Position numbers and translations under genes: made by a program. Below are positions 42,001 to 56,836 of a stretch of 64,000 bases of DNA, one piece after another; positions within the stretch are counted from its first letter, which is position 1; the number at the start of each line of letters is the position of its first letter. Below the pieces are notes generated by a model, which was not told the DNA's origin, ran no database searches, and saw only the letters and a list, made by a program, of their open reading frames with translations. The DNA comes from Ruditapes philippinarum (lineage: Eukaryota): the NCBI RefSeq assembly GCF_026571515.1, contig NW_026864086.1, positions 124,001 to 188,000 on the forward strand, read 5' to 3'.

Positions 42001-45000
42001 GTTTTTTTTCTATAAGCGCGTCAAAGTTTTTAAGACAAAAATGATTTATTTTCAATTCTAAGAAACTTGTAAAGACACATCCCGTTATGAAGTACATCTA
42101 ATTATCACATATGTTTTATTATCAAGAAGTAATAACTGATGTATCAGAAATAGCCAATACACATCCGTTTATTTGTTTATTATATCTTACTTCTCTTAAT
42201 TATTCAACAGGATCTGTGTACCGATTAGGTCTACCAGTGACAAGTGTTTTTTCCTAACACCAGAATGATAAAACTTTATATCACTATGTATTGTCATGAA
42301 ATCGCTTTGAACATTCAAATTAATTGAAACTTGATTGATAACTTGAGGCCGCCTAATAAACATAAATTTGTTGATATATAACAAGTATTGCATTACTTTA
42401 TCCTACAATCCCAAACCAAGCGGGAATATAACAGGATATAAACCATAAATAAAAAAGCAACCCAAGGCTACAGATTTGATGAAAACAAGATAATGATTTA
42501 TTCCAATCTATCAAGGCTTTATCGTCTAATAAAGATAATATGAAATTAACACTAAACATATGTAGATATTTTACACCTATAATAAATATATAGGTAATGC
42601 TTCACATAAAACTTTAATGCTGTCTGTTCTTTAGAACGTGTTGAAGTAGATTTGTTTAGTTAGTCTTTATTACTGTTAATAATATAAGATAAAGATAAGA
42701 TATTCGCCAGTCTTTAAGTACTATAAGTTCAGGTTAGTTATTTTCTAATAAAAAAACATATTCTCGAACATATTCATAATACTTAACCTGCTTGTTGAAT
42801 TAGTATATCGAGTTCACCACAGTTATATTGGAACAGCCCATTTTATCGAAAGGTTTAAGTTGAAATATGAAGGCTCCCGAAGAAAGGTACAGTGATTGGA
42901 AGTAACACGTGCTTGGAATCGTAAGAAAGGGTACACATCAAATTATATAGGCTGGGGGGACAGCGATTTCGTTCATGTATTTATAGGCATTAGAATATAA
43001 AAAAGAGATACCAACCATTAAGTACCTGGTCAGACTTACGGAAGTGCAGGCTGATCTGGCTCTATACTGGCAGCAAGGTTTTATCACTTTGCGTTCCAGT
43101 AGCCTAAAGGTTAAAGCTTTGTCATGAGATGATAAATTATAATACACGAAGAAAAATAACTCATGTAAAACTCAATTGATTTTACTATTTCTCGAGCGTT
43201 TTAATAGTTATAAAATTGCAAACGATAAATAGTCAATGTTATTATAAAACAATTTTATTTGCGATTTCATTTTTTTTTTCGAGATTGTTCTAAGGAAGAT
43301 CAAGATCATTTTCTTCTCTATGTTTGATTTCTTCTTGATAATTGTCTAGAAATATCAGTTCCCTAAATATAATGTACAAAATATTGGTCATTGCATTGAA
43401 TATGTTCGTTCGTAGCGCGTAAAATCTTTGTTCTTTTGTTTGTTGTTTTGTTTGATGTCTCCATTGAGTACTACGGTGTTACTATTGTTTGTAAACCTTT
43501 CTAATAAATTAAAATAAGTTCATTATTACGTCTCAAGCCCTTAGTAATTGTTTTGTTTCGCACATCACGCACCAGAAAAGTGCTTCATTCTTTATATACA
43601 ATAATATTTATAGATATACTCCTTTCCCATAAGGGGATTGCAAAAGCATAAACATATAGGACAATTGTTGTTTTTATTTATGGTTCAGAAACATGTGGTG
43701 GTGTCTCTTGTGGTCTATTGTTGAATAGAATTGTCGTTTGTTCTGTAAGAATCATGTCGAAACAAACTAACTTTTGTTGGAGCGAGAAGAACGGCATCAT
43801 CTGTACTCGTCCAAAAAATGATAGCATTTTCTTTCCCAAAAGAACATGTTCTATTTTGATATATATTCGTTTACATTTATATGTAATATTAGTGCTGTTA
43901 CAATAAAAAATGACATGAAATTGATCAACAGAGGATCTGAGCGGTGCCGAAATATAGTTCTCCTATATGTAATTATAATTAAACACAACATTGTTTGTAA
44001 AAAGCGTTGCAATTAAATGACTCTTCTATCATTATTTTGTATATTAACCTTTTAAATTACATTGTGTATACCATTTGATATATGTAAGAATTTAAATTGT
44101 ATGCTTTGGGACCTTAGTTGAGCTACTCTGTTATCCTTAAACAGGCTGTTTGATCAGTTCGTGAAGTGCAAAGTACTTTAAATCTTAAATTTTACATGAT
44201 ATATTACCTCTTATATCAGTCTCAAATCAAATGAGCATGTTTCGTAAAATATATTATTCATTGCCATATTGCTATCGATGCCATATATATGAGATTCGAT
44301 TCCACAATTATTACTACTTATTTTACAAATTACGTAAGATATTTAGATATTTTGTTTCTCTCTTGATAGAGAGAAAATGTTAAGAGGACCACACAGATTT
44401 GTAAGATTATTATATCTAATATAATATAAAACGTATTATGCTATAAAATGTTTATTTAAAGGGAATTCTATATAACTTAATTGATTCAGACGAAGCATAG
44501 TACTATAAAATCAATAATCTGATAATTTCTTAAATCATAACACCATCTGTCTATGATATGTTAAGTCTTATTAAATCTGACTTGTTAAAATCTATATTTT
44601 CACTAATGCATGCATGTAGAATACACATGTTTTTATATCAAGAAACTTACGGTGAAAACTTTAAGTTAGCTTTATATATTAAGGAATGAACAATTGAGTC
44701 CCACTTATGGATCCGAAATCAGTTGCCTTATTTCATAGCTTCAATACTCAAAATATATAAATTTTGGGCTGATCAATATTTTGTTAAGGGACGTTTAAAT
44801 CCTGTTTCTATTATATTTTCAAAAAGATCAAAAATAAATCTTTGTTAAATCATCGGTAGATATGACAGTAAGAATGTGAAAACAATTTTGACCAGATATT
44901 TTTGTTGCTTTGATAGTATATCTAGATGTAACCATAAAAATGTAAAACAATGTAGGTCTTCAGGTGTTTATATTTGTTTCTGTAGAATATTTAGCATATC

Positions 45001-48000
45001 TAGTTACTTTACATCCTTAAAATTAACAGAACTTATTATATTTTTTACATTGATATGTTAAATTCTTAATAGATGATAATAATGTTTCTAATAATTAATT
45101 TCTCTGCGATATGCTGTGAGAGCTTAATTGTTCTTTACGAAAATTTGTTGGTTAATTAAGCCATTGGTGCGCAAATGTCATTGTCTTTATGTAAGATAAA
45201 TAACTTGACCCCAGGCCCTCATTTTACAAATACACAACAACATTGCGCAATAAATGTCGACTAATAAATGTATTGTACTTTTAAGTTAATAAAAGTATAT
45301 CACATCATTTTACATGTTAACTTAATAAATTGCATCATACTTTTGTATTTTGAATCACTTAACGATTTCTCACTATTTAACAATAATCAAAAAATGTGTG
45401 ATATCTTTAAATAATATTGACTTACAACTTAAGACAGCGCCTGATTAAAAACTAATAAAGTGTACATATATTAGATAGATAATATCTCAGGCAAATAAGT
45501 AATAAAACGAGTCATTAAGGTTAATATCAGGCTTCAGATTTAGCTTTTGTTTAAAAAGGTGGTATTTATATCCGGAGGAGATTTTATACTTTACATCCGC
45601 ATGTTTTTGGTTAATCATTTATTTTAAAATTATTCATGAATGCCTTTACGTACATTATACAGTATAAACATGTATGAAACTATAAATCTAGTCCAAAAAT
45701 AGTGTTTTTAGTTTTTCATTTTCAACAGCATCTTAGTTTTTGGGTCCTATTACAGTATTTAACTAGTTTCTCATTGGACGTATATGTGAGTCATCTTTTG
45801 TGCACTTTTTTGCACTATGGCAATTGGTACAATCATAGTGATTTAATATTTTGTACGGAAGTCAAAATATCTTACTTCCTCTATTAAAATCATTTCAATG
45901 AGGGACTTTAGTGGATTATCTTCCCTTGATAAAAACCGAGGTTAACCAAAATGTAAGTAGGTCCAAATATTTGGAATCCTTTGATTATATCGTTGAGTGT
46001 TATGTAAGACTTGCTTCCTCTATTAAAATTATTTCAATTAAGCGCTATTGTATTCATGTTTTAGCATCTCACATGGTCTTATTCCGTTACTGCAACATTA
46101 TAAAACACATGTTTTGCTTTTAAACATGTAGGACAATTTCTTAGTCTTAATGTGCCTCTACATTTTTAGCATACAATTTGCAATATTCTTAATACCTATA
46201 AAGTGATATTTGATTTTCATTTGATATAATCTTTTAAGGAAACACCATTGAGGTCCAAAAGTCTAAAAACATAAAACTTGAGTTTCCTTCAGAGATCAAC
46301 TTTGGCACTTAAAACAGAAAGATATGCAAAAGAAAATTATATCATATACATTTTACGCAGATTAATTTTCAAAATCGTATTTTTGTGTTACTCTTAGTCC
46401 GATTTAAAAGAAATGCGTTGCAACGCTTTTCAATTTTGGGTCAATTTACACAAAAGAATAATTACTCTGGAAAAAGGAAATGAGCGAATTTTTTCACACA
46501 TCTCATTAAATTGAATGTTAAACTCGAAAACTTATGTCCAGTCCGTCATATAATAAAAAACCTCAGTGGACTCCCTTTAAGGTTTAAGTATATTTAAATG
46601 CTAAACAATACCCAATTTAAATTCATCTTAATATATTTTGTATTAATAACCGTGCAAAGACTGAAACTTGTCTTTACAAAAATAAATGCTGATAAAATTG
46701 CGCTATGATAGATATTTAAATACACAGTACGCATAGCTAGTTGTAACATAATTGTTAAAGTGTACTGATGTTTGTGATACGGTCAAGTACCTCTTTTGAA
46801 AATTGTTTCCTATGTTTTAGACAATTGTAATACTTCGCTGACAATAGAAGACACCAAAATGACCCTGAACCGACACCGGCCATGCATTATGCCACTTTTG
46901 CAAAAAGTGCATGGGAGCTGTGTTACATGGATAATAATGAGAAACACCAAATGACCCTATTACATGCAGTTGGAAAACGCCAATCAAATCTTGTACTCTT
47001 AAATGTGTACTTCCACAAACGCTGATTTCGTTCATTTTGATATTTAACAACTGTTACGAGATTTTATCATATACTGTACATGGATGATAATTTAGAATTA
47101 GAAGTATTTGTAAAAGTTTAAAAGTCCAAAAAATGGGTAAATTTATACGATAGAGATAAGTAAAACAAACATAATACTTGAGGCTATAATCAAATTAAGG
47201 TTCCTACAAATTTCTATTTCCTATATTGTATAATTGTTAGTGGTCATTGATAAACAAACACAATGTCATGTTATCATCTCGATGCCTGGATGATGATTAA
47301 ATTATAATTCATGCACTGTTAGTAATTATCAACACCTGAGAACACTCAATACACTTTGATATAATCAAAATTCGATTTTATTTTAATAGGACTAACAAAA
47401 TTAGTTTCAATTCTTTTCGGTTAGATAAATAGTCCAAATTAACATGTTGATATTTTCATTTCAAGAGTTCCTTGAACAGATTTGGAACATGGTTTAGAAT
47501 TTTGTGGATTAAACAACAGTCTAGCCAAATCAATTATAGAGAAAATAAAAACAAGAATAAGTTTGACATTATCTTATTAAGTTTCTTTTGGCCTAAACCG
47601 TTTTTCCAATTCATTTCACAAAACTAAAAGACCCATTTTGAGATACTCCTATATAACTTTGCTTGCCGAAAACTTGCCAAATTAATTCCATAAAAATTCA
47701 AGACCCACACAAGCATATCAAACTTAACATACATTCTATTCTGAAGACATATCAATTTAGGATTTCAGTACAATGTTTTATAGGTCGTTAACAAGAAGGT
47801 AGAAATACTCATATCAGGAATATAATCTATCTTATGTAATAATACTTTATCATCTCACATTATAAAATTTCGAGAGCGTATAGAAGAAGACAAAGTCTTA
47901 AAAGAGGTGTGTAGTTTATTCGACATCAAACTCTGCCAGATTAATGACAATATTGCCAACAGCTCTTTATTTTTGTAAAGAATCACTTATACGCCATAAC

Positions 48001-50874
48001 AGCATTGCAGCATTTCCTCATTAACACGCTCTAAGTTCGAAGTCCATGTGAACCTGCAATAAATTAACATGTGTAAGACTGTGTGTTAGAAGATTGTTCA
48101 AAAACTAGACTTGAACTGAAAATGGACTTGATTCTTATTAATCAAATAAATCATAAACATAAAGTACATCTTAAAAACATATTAAAGCAGGGTTTGTGTT
48201 CTGTGACTATTGCCAATTTAGTTTGAATGGCTCTTCCTGTTACCAATTGTCATTTAAGTTCAACCTTTTTGATATTATAAAGTTTCTGACGAAGAGTACT
48301 TGACTACTGCTAAAAATAAAGGAGCAACTGACAATTTTCAGTTTTAGACCTAAAATGTATAGCGAAACGGTGATTTTAAAAGTGCTAGTTATTTTTCTCG
48401 AAATGCCGAGAACTTGTAGTTTTTAATTCGACTGCCATGCAAAGCTTATCGTTTACAGTGATATTGAAAAGTAGAAACAATATTTAAAGCGAGAAAATAT
48501 CTAAAGTAGAAATTATTTGCATAAATGAAAATTTGATGATTGCTGATCTTTTTTCAAGACATAATTCATCTCCTTATTTTTTATCAAGTTTGAAATTGCA
48601 AAACAGCTGATCCAATTCAAGACTTGTATTTATCATATAAGTCATAAACGTATAGCACATCTTACAAAAATGTTAAAGCACTAAAACAATAGCATATTTG
48701 CAATCTGTGGTTCTATTTCAGGATAATCATCTAAACCATTTTTTCAAAACAATTAAATGTGCTAATGAGAATCAAATTGGAGCTTATAATTACCCATAAT
48801 CCTTATAATTAGATAAATAAATGTGAACGTCTGGCAGATAATTTTAAAACTAAAGTTAGGCTTATATATGAAATTTGCAAAACGCATCTGGTGATTTACC
48901 TATTTATTACACACCTTTGGTGCACGAAAGCGTGTTCGAGGAGCTCATTTTACAGAGCTGTAAAGTAACTGCAAGAATGGCTTATCATTTTCAGTAAAAT
49001 TAATAAAAATAAATCAAAGTTCTAAAGATAATAAGATATCCTAGACCTAGATTATAACTAAGTACATTTATTCTTTTTTTCTATATGCGACTCGAAGTCT
49101 TTAAGACAAATTGATTTAGTTTCAATTCTAAGAAACTTGTAAAGACACATCCGATTATGAAATATATCTAATTATCACAAATGTTTTTATTATCATGATG
49201 TAGAAAGTGATATATCCGAAATAGCCAATACACATCCGTTTATTTGTTAATTGTATCTTACTTTTCTTAATTATTCAACGGGATCTGTCTACCGATTAGG
49301 TCTATCAGTGGCAAGTGTTTTTTCCCTAAAACCAAAATGATATAACTTTATATCAACATGTGCAGTCAGGAAACCGCTTTGAACATTCAAATTAATTTCA
49401 ACTTGATTGATATCTTGATACTTAATAAACATAAATTGTGTTGACATTAACAAGTATTGCATCACTTTATCCTACGATCCTAAACCCAGCAAGGATATAA
49501 CAAGATATAAACCATTAATAAAATAAGCAACCTAAATCTACAGATTTGATGGAAACAAGATAATAATTTTTTCAATCCATCAAGGCTTTATCGTCCATCA
49601 AGGCTTTATCGTACGTATAAAGATCTTATTAAATCAACACTTAAAATATGTAGATATTTTACACCTATAATAAATATATAGGTAATGCCTCACATAAAAC
49701 TTTAATGTTGTCTGTTCTTCAGAATGTGTAGAAGTAGATTTGTTAAGTTAGTCTTTGATACTGTTAATAATGTAAAATAAATGTAAACAATTCGCCGGCC
49801 TTTCAGTACTATAAGTTCAAGTTGGTTATTTTTTAATAGAAAAATATTCTTGAACATATTCATGATACTTAACCTGTTTGCTGAATTTGTTTAACGAGTT
49901 CATCAAAATTATATTTGGAACAGCCCCATGGTATCGAATGAACGGTTAAAGTTGAAATATATAGGTTCCCTCGCCCCAAAAAAGGTACAGTGATTGGCAG
50001 AAACACGTTATTGTAATCGTAAGACAGGGAACACATCAAATTGTGTAGGCTCAAGGAACAGTGATTTCATTTATGTATTTAAAGGTATTTTTATATCTAA
50101 AAAAAAGAACTACCAATGGTAAAGTATCAGGTCGGTCAGACATCACGAAAGTGCAGGCTGATCTGGCTGGCTCTATACCGGTAGCAAAGTTTGATGACTT
50201 ATCGTTCCAGCAGCCTAATGGTTAAAAGTCAGAAACTGTGTTTTGTCATGAGATGATACATAAGAACATGTGCAGACGTTACATATATTTTTATTCTCTG
50301 TCATATTAAATGTGATACAACATACACTTGTGAAATAGTTGTAATAGTTATAAAATTGTAAACGATATATAGTCTATGTTTGTTATAAAGCAATTTAGTA
50401 TTTTTTGAGCTTGTCCCAAGGAAGATCATTTTCTTCGCTATGTTTGATTTCTTCTTCATAATTGTCTAGAAATAGCTGTTCCCTAGATATAATGTACAAA
50501 ATATTAAAATATTAAAGGTCATTGCATCGAATATATTCGTTCGTTCGTAGCGTAAATATGTAGGTTGTATTGTAATAATTTTAACAGGTCTGTTCAAAAT
50601 ACGCACCTGTATGTATAGCACGACATTTGCTATAAAACTACGCAAGCAGGTAAGACGTATGCACGTAAATGTCGTGCTTAACAGTTATCTTCATCTATGC
50701 CATTTAATGAAGTACTAATATATGAATTTTATTAACAAATGGGATTAAACTTGTTGGACTATGTTTGAAAAGACTTTGTGAAATGTGAGTTTATACATTT
50801 ATAGATATATCAATTCATAAATTTTATATATAAATAATATGTACCTGTATTTCTATCAGGTATCTATTTTATGG

Positions 50875-52900
50875 AAAAAAAACTTTATTTGTTAATATAA
50901 CATTACACTGTTACAAACGAAGAAACACTTACACAATTAAAATGAAACAGACACATTAAGAATGTAAAATAAAATACTTTAAGGTTATTCTAGAATTAAT
51001 TTCACGAGGCTCCTTAAAACATGTATGTTATTTGACCCTAACAGGGATTTCAACGAATGTTCGTGTTCGTGTATTAAATCTGCGTTTTGGAGAAATTGCT
51101 ATCTTTGTCGCCCGAAAAAGAACTTAAATGTAACAACAAGTAATGCTGTTTTAGTACCAGTTTGATTGTCGCTACACAATGTACAAAGACTTTCATAATA
51201 AGGAGTACCATCATATCGTCCAACTTCTACTGGAAGTTTATGATTTGCTGGTCTAAATTTGAATCCGATTGATCTAAAATTATGAAATATTTATTGAGGC
51301 CTGATTTTGCCAAAGATCAAGACTGCCAACATGATTTAGAATGTCTCTTATCTAAGAGATCCATTTAAACTAATGATTAGGAAAACTGGTTATATATTTG
51401 TAAAGTTGAAACGATATTTTCGTTTTTTCCTCTTAATGAGACGGTTCCAAAATGACCCCATCCTAGTTTTAATTAAAATAGATATTGGATACAGTCCAAG
51501 TACGCCCATGAGCATGTGTAGGGGGTCTAGAATGTCACACCTAAGTTATGGTAGCAGTCGGATATCACAACACATTGTCACAACACATCTCTAGATAAAA
51601 TCTAAAATTCCCCTACTGTCGAGCACCAAAGATTACTATTTTTGTTTTGTTTAAGTTCACTTTAAAGTGCCAATATTAAAATTGTTCAAGCAAGTTTGGA
51701 GAGCGTTATACGAAAACATGATAGTGTCGTCTGCATAGAGAAGAACAAGAAGTAAGATAGTTCTGATCGTTAATTCTACTCCAACAGTTCTTCCATTCTG
51801 GTATTTAAGTACATGGCAAAAAGGACTGGAGACAAGTTTTCACCTTGTCTTACACCTATTTCGGAAATGAACAACGTCGAAACAGGTCCATTGTGCAAAA
51901 TACATAATTTACGTTTTTTAAAGTTTGGTTATTATGTTTTGAAAGAAATTCATAACCACTTAATTCTACAATTCAGCACTATCAAGATGTATCTCTGAAA
52001 TACAGAAAATACCACAACTTTTTATCATATCACAAAAGTCAGGATAATTTAAACGTTTCTAGAGCCCATTTACATTTAGACAATCGATTTTAATACAATT
52101 TATCAATCTATCCCTGTTGTAATGAATACCCCTGCAGTCATATTGAGTTTGTCCAGCTGACGATCGAGTGGCATGTCCCAAGGAGAATTACGACCGGCTC
52201 AGATCTGGAATCTTCGGGAAATTGTACTTCCTTTTTGAAAAAGGTATCGCTCTGGAGCATGGTAGTGAGGACCATGGTGTCGTGGGGATTGCGATTGTAC
52301 TCTTCTTGTCTTACGATAGCTGGCTACGCTGCCGTGGAGGATTATCTCTTGGTCGATTAGTTGTTGACGTTGTAGTATTGCATACACGTGAATCTCCATG
52401 TTGCACCGGAGGTATATTTGTCAATATAGATTTTCCGATGTCAATACGATTGCCTTGCATTATGAGGTTCTATTGTGGAAACATTTCAGCAACAACTTTG
52501 CCATTCATTATGATTTTGTCAGGTAACTTGATGCAAACTTTACTTTCGGGATACTCCTCTCTTGACTTTTTGTTCTAAGGCCAAAGGGCTGTTCGTGCCT
52601 GCGCGATTTCTGGCGGAAAGTTACGGTTGATGTTACAGTGCGTGTTCTTTAATTTGTTTGCCTTTGATATTATAAAGTCAGTATCCCTTAAATCAAGGAT
52701 ATATACAATAATAGCCATCGTAGTGTCCCTTTCAAACCTGCCAAAGTTGTGCGCTCTGGGATTGGAGGACAATTGACAATACCCACGTGAAAACGGGGAT
52801 AATATTTGTAAACTTTTCATATATTTCTTCTTTTATCCATTCAAATATCAGATTATTCCTTCCTGTTGTGAGCCTCCAGGTGAATAGATTTGAATTAAAG
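50875..52900 (-). mobile_element. decayed non-LTR retrotransposon (L2/CR1-group-like LINE)
   Basis: Minus strand: ORF1-like RAHNFGRF...IIV...KANKLKNT...NFPPEIAQARTALWP (about 52575-52760); RT motifs EIGVRQGENLSPVLFAMYLN (about 51803-51862) and LLVLLYADDT (about 51723-51752); C-terminal FRPANHKLPVEVGRY...CTLC (about 51170-51262). Many stops and deletions. Confidence 0.9.
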
Positions 52901-55267
52901 CAATGTTAGCCTGTCTTCATGTACTGTCATCTATTGTTGGATGTTACATACTTTGTTCTGTAACAGTAAAGATCCTGTATGTTTTGTGATTGATATTGTC
53001 ACTGTGTGTATACCACACTTGCAAAAAAATATATATGTATATAATTATGCAAATAAAATAATTTTCAAACATGAAAGAATATGTAAAATATGTACTGCAA
53101 ATATTATATTTAATCAATAAATTACATGCATTCATTATTTATTGGAAAATTTGACTTAGAATTTATAGAAAATAAAGTTCTAATTACCTCCCTTTATTTA
53201 CATGAAATGTTAAATTGGGTAATATTTTTATAAAAATGCTTATTTGAACTTACAATATTGACAAATCTTAATTTGAGCATCATATTTATGAAATAAAACC
53301 ATGAAAAAATTGTGTTACACTATCTTTAAACATTTGTTAACTTTTTTGTCAGACGGCTTACATTTCAGAATTAAGCATCAACAATTTATCACTCATGAAT
53401 GGAAAGATTTTCAAAACTCTCAAAATCAGGAACGTAAATTTCGTAACAATTATTGCCTCAACTGCTTATTCTGTCACGTTTTTTTTTGTAATTTTTTGTT
53501 GGCCCATTCTGATTCACCTTTTTGAAAAATATATTTGACGCCATTTCTTGCCTGGTCAAGCACTTGAAATCTATTTTGGATGGAAAGTGCTGGAAATCCA
53601 TGGTCCATATTACCTGTACTACTTGCAGTGTAAACATACACGCAAGTCAAATTTATTTATAAAAGCCATACACACGTTTTGCTAAGAATAAATACAACAC
53701 AGAAACTTGCTGCATACCCACCTCAAAACCGGAAACGGAAAAAAATCTATAAAATCTATATTTAAATCTATTTTTAATCTGACTTGTTAAAATCTTTACT
53801 TTAACTAATGAGTGAAGTATACACTTGTGCTTATATCAGGAAATTTCAGATGAAAATTCTAAGTTAGCTTTATATTTTAAGGAATCACTTATAGGTCCCT
53901 AATCAATTGCCTTATTTCTTAGCTTCTATACTCAAAACATATACATTTTGAGCTGATCCATATTTTGCTAAGAAACGTTAAATCATGTTTTCTTTTTTAT
54001 TTTCAACCTAATTATTAACTCTTTTTTGGGTTGCATCATCGGTAGATATGACAATAAGAATGTGAAAACAATTTTGACCAGATGTTTTAGTTGCTTAGAT
54101 GTAACCATAAGAATGTTAAAACTATATAGCTATCCAAATGATTTATATATGTTTCTGTCGTATATTAGCCAATCCATTGAATTCACATCCTTAAAAAATA
54201 ACAGAACTTGTTATGTTTTTTTTACTTTAATAAGTTAAAAAATCTTTACAGATGATAACAGTATTTTAGTGATAATTAATTTCTCTACGATAATCTGTGA
54301 AAACTTATTTGTACTTTACGATAGTTTGTTGGTTTATTAAGCTTTTGGTGCGCAAAGGTCATTGTTTTAATCTTTATATAAGATAAATAGCTCGACTCCA
54401 GGCTACACAAAACAGCATTGCGCTTATAAATGCGTGAGTATAATGTTTAGGTATAAATGTACTTTTATGTTAGACCATTTTACATGTTTACTTTGTGGAT
54501 TGCATCATAATTTTGTATTTAGAATCACTTAACGATTTCTTACTATTTAACAATAATCCAAAATGTGTGATATCAGTAAATAATGACTAACAACTTACGA
54601 CATTACAAACTAATAAAGTGTTCATTTATTAGATAGATAACATTTGAAGCAAATATGTAATCAAACAAGTCACTGAGGTGAATACTAGGCTTCTTATTTA
54701 GCTTTTGTTTTATAATGAAGGTATAAGTAGTTGGTATTTATATCCGGAGGAGATTTATATACTGTACATCCGCATGTTTTTGGTTAATCATTTATTTTAA
54801 AATTATTCATGAATGCGTTTACGTACATTATACAGTATAAATACGTAAGATACTATAAATCTAGTCTAAAAATGGTGTTTTTTATTTTCTAATTTTCGAC
54901 AGCACGTTAGTTTTTGTGTCATATTATAGTTTTTTCATTGGATGTTTATGTGAGTCATCATCTTTTGTATGACAATTGATACAATCATAGTGATTAAATA
55001 TTTTGTACACATTTTTGTACGATTTAAGTGAACAGGGTTGTTACGCGTCTCTAATTTTTACATGATAAGAATAATTAAATATTCTGGTAAAACGGAGTGA
55101 GCGATTGACCTTAAATTTTGCACACAGATAATTGGTATAGACAGCATTAAATTGAACATTAATCTCGAGATATTATATTCAGTACAGTCATGTAATAAAA
55201 ACCTCAATGGACTCCCTTTAAGGTTTAAGTACAGTGTATATTCAAATGCTTAACATATGCAATTTAA

Positions 55268-56836
55268 TTTTTATGCCCCCGGGCATATAGTTATTGAACC
55301 GTCCGTCCGTCCGTCTGTCCGTCTGTCCGTACGAGGTTAACCTAGAACGGCAAGTTGGATTTTTCTTAAGTTCTACCTGTACCAATGGCTTCTAAGTTTA
55401 CACACTTACTAATCAATACAAAGTACATGATCTGGGCAAGTTACATAACTCTGGCTTTCATATTTACCAAGTTATTGCCCTTTTCAACACTTAGAAAATG
55501 AATAATGGTTAACCTAAAACGGCAAGTTGGAAATATCTTAAGTTCTATCTATACTAATGGCTTTATAATTTCCACACTTACTTATCAATACAAAGTACAT
55601 GATATTGCCAAGTTATATAACTGTGTCATCCATATTTCCCAGTTATTTCCCTTTTTTCACTTTGAAAATAGGGCCTTGTCTGGTTAACCTATTTCGGCAA
55701 GTTGGATTTATCTTAAATTTCTCCTAATTGCTTAATTTCTTTAATGATATCTTTTTATTTAGTAGGTGGATACCTTTGATGGTCCTCTAATTTTTTGTGG
55801 AGTAAGCGGTCTCTAGGGTCAAGGTCAATGTCACTGGTTTAAAAAATAGATATAAACATTTTTGCTCATACAGCCTTTATATTTTATGTGATGTCTTAGT
55901 TTAATACAAACATGCCAAGGGAGGTCCTCCTTCTTTGGGTGTAGTAAGGGGTCATTTGGGTCAAGGTCAATGTTACCAATGTCAAGGTCACCAATGTAAA
56001 AATATATTTTTACATTTTTACAGGTGTATTGACCTTATTCTATAGACAGATGTTATTTATAATTGATAGAAACATAAACTTTGATGGAGTTAGTGGTCAG
56101 TTGGGTCAAGGTTACCAGTGCTAAAAATAGATTTTTACACATTTACTCATACAGCCTTTACTAAGTGACAGATATATTTTATATTTGGTAGGAAGATAAC
56201 TTGCATGGTATTCATCCTTTTGATTGGGGTAGGAATCAGTGGGTCAATGTCACTTGTGCTAAAAATAGATATTTACACTTTTGCCCATACAGCTTTTATT
56301 TATTGACAGATGTATTTCATATTTGGTAGGAAGATAACTTGCATGGTATTCTTCCTTTGGATGGAGTAAGGGGTCAGTTGGGTCAATGTCACCAGTGCTC
56401 AAAATAGATTTTTACAATTTTGCCCATACAGCCTTTATTTATTGACAGATGTATTTCATATTTGGCAGGAAGATAACTTACATGGTATTCTTCTTTTTGA
56501 TAGAGTTAGGGGTCAATTTGGTTAAGGTCACCAGTGCTCAACTTTTGCCCACACAGCCTTTATTTAATAACAGATGTAGTTCATATTTGGTAGGAAGATA
56601 ACTTGCATGAAGTTGAATATTTTACAACTTCACAAGTCAGAGCAATGACTTGGCAACTTATATTTTTCACAATTACAAAATGCCATGACTTTGTCAAGCT
56701 ATATAACTTGTGTTTACAATTTTTTGCCAATTTTTCTGTCCATAACTGAGTGAATGGGTAAATATTTTTTTGAAATATTGCTACTGACACGAATCTGAGC
56801 CGGGGGCATTTGCGTTTAACAAACACGTTCTTGTTT
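55268..56836 (+). mobile_element. Helentron-associated non-autonomous element (HINE/DINE-1-like) with internal satellites
   Basis: 5' tttttatgcccccg, then a (GTCC)n microsatellite at about 55300-55330, tandem arrays, inverted subterminal cgggggcat at about 56801, and end ...ttcttgttt. Absent from paralogous sites at about 39690 and 46615. Confidence 0.85.

Noticed and set aside
52168-52578. 136-aa plus-strand ORF
   Set aside because: Antisense to LINE ORF1.
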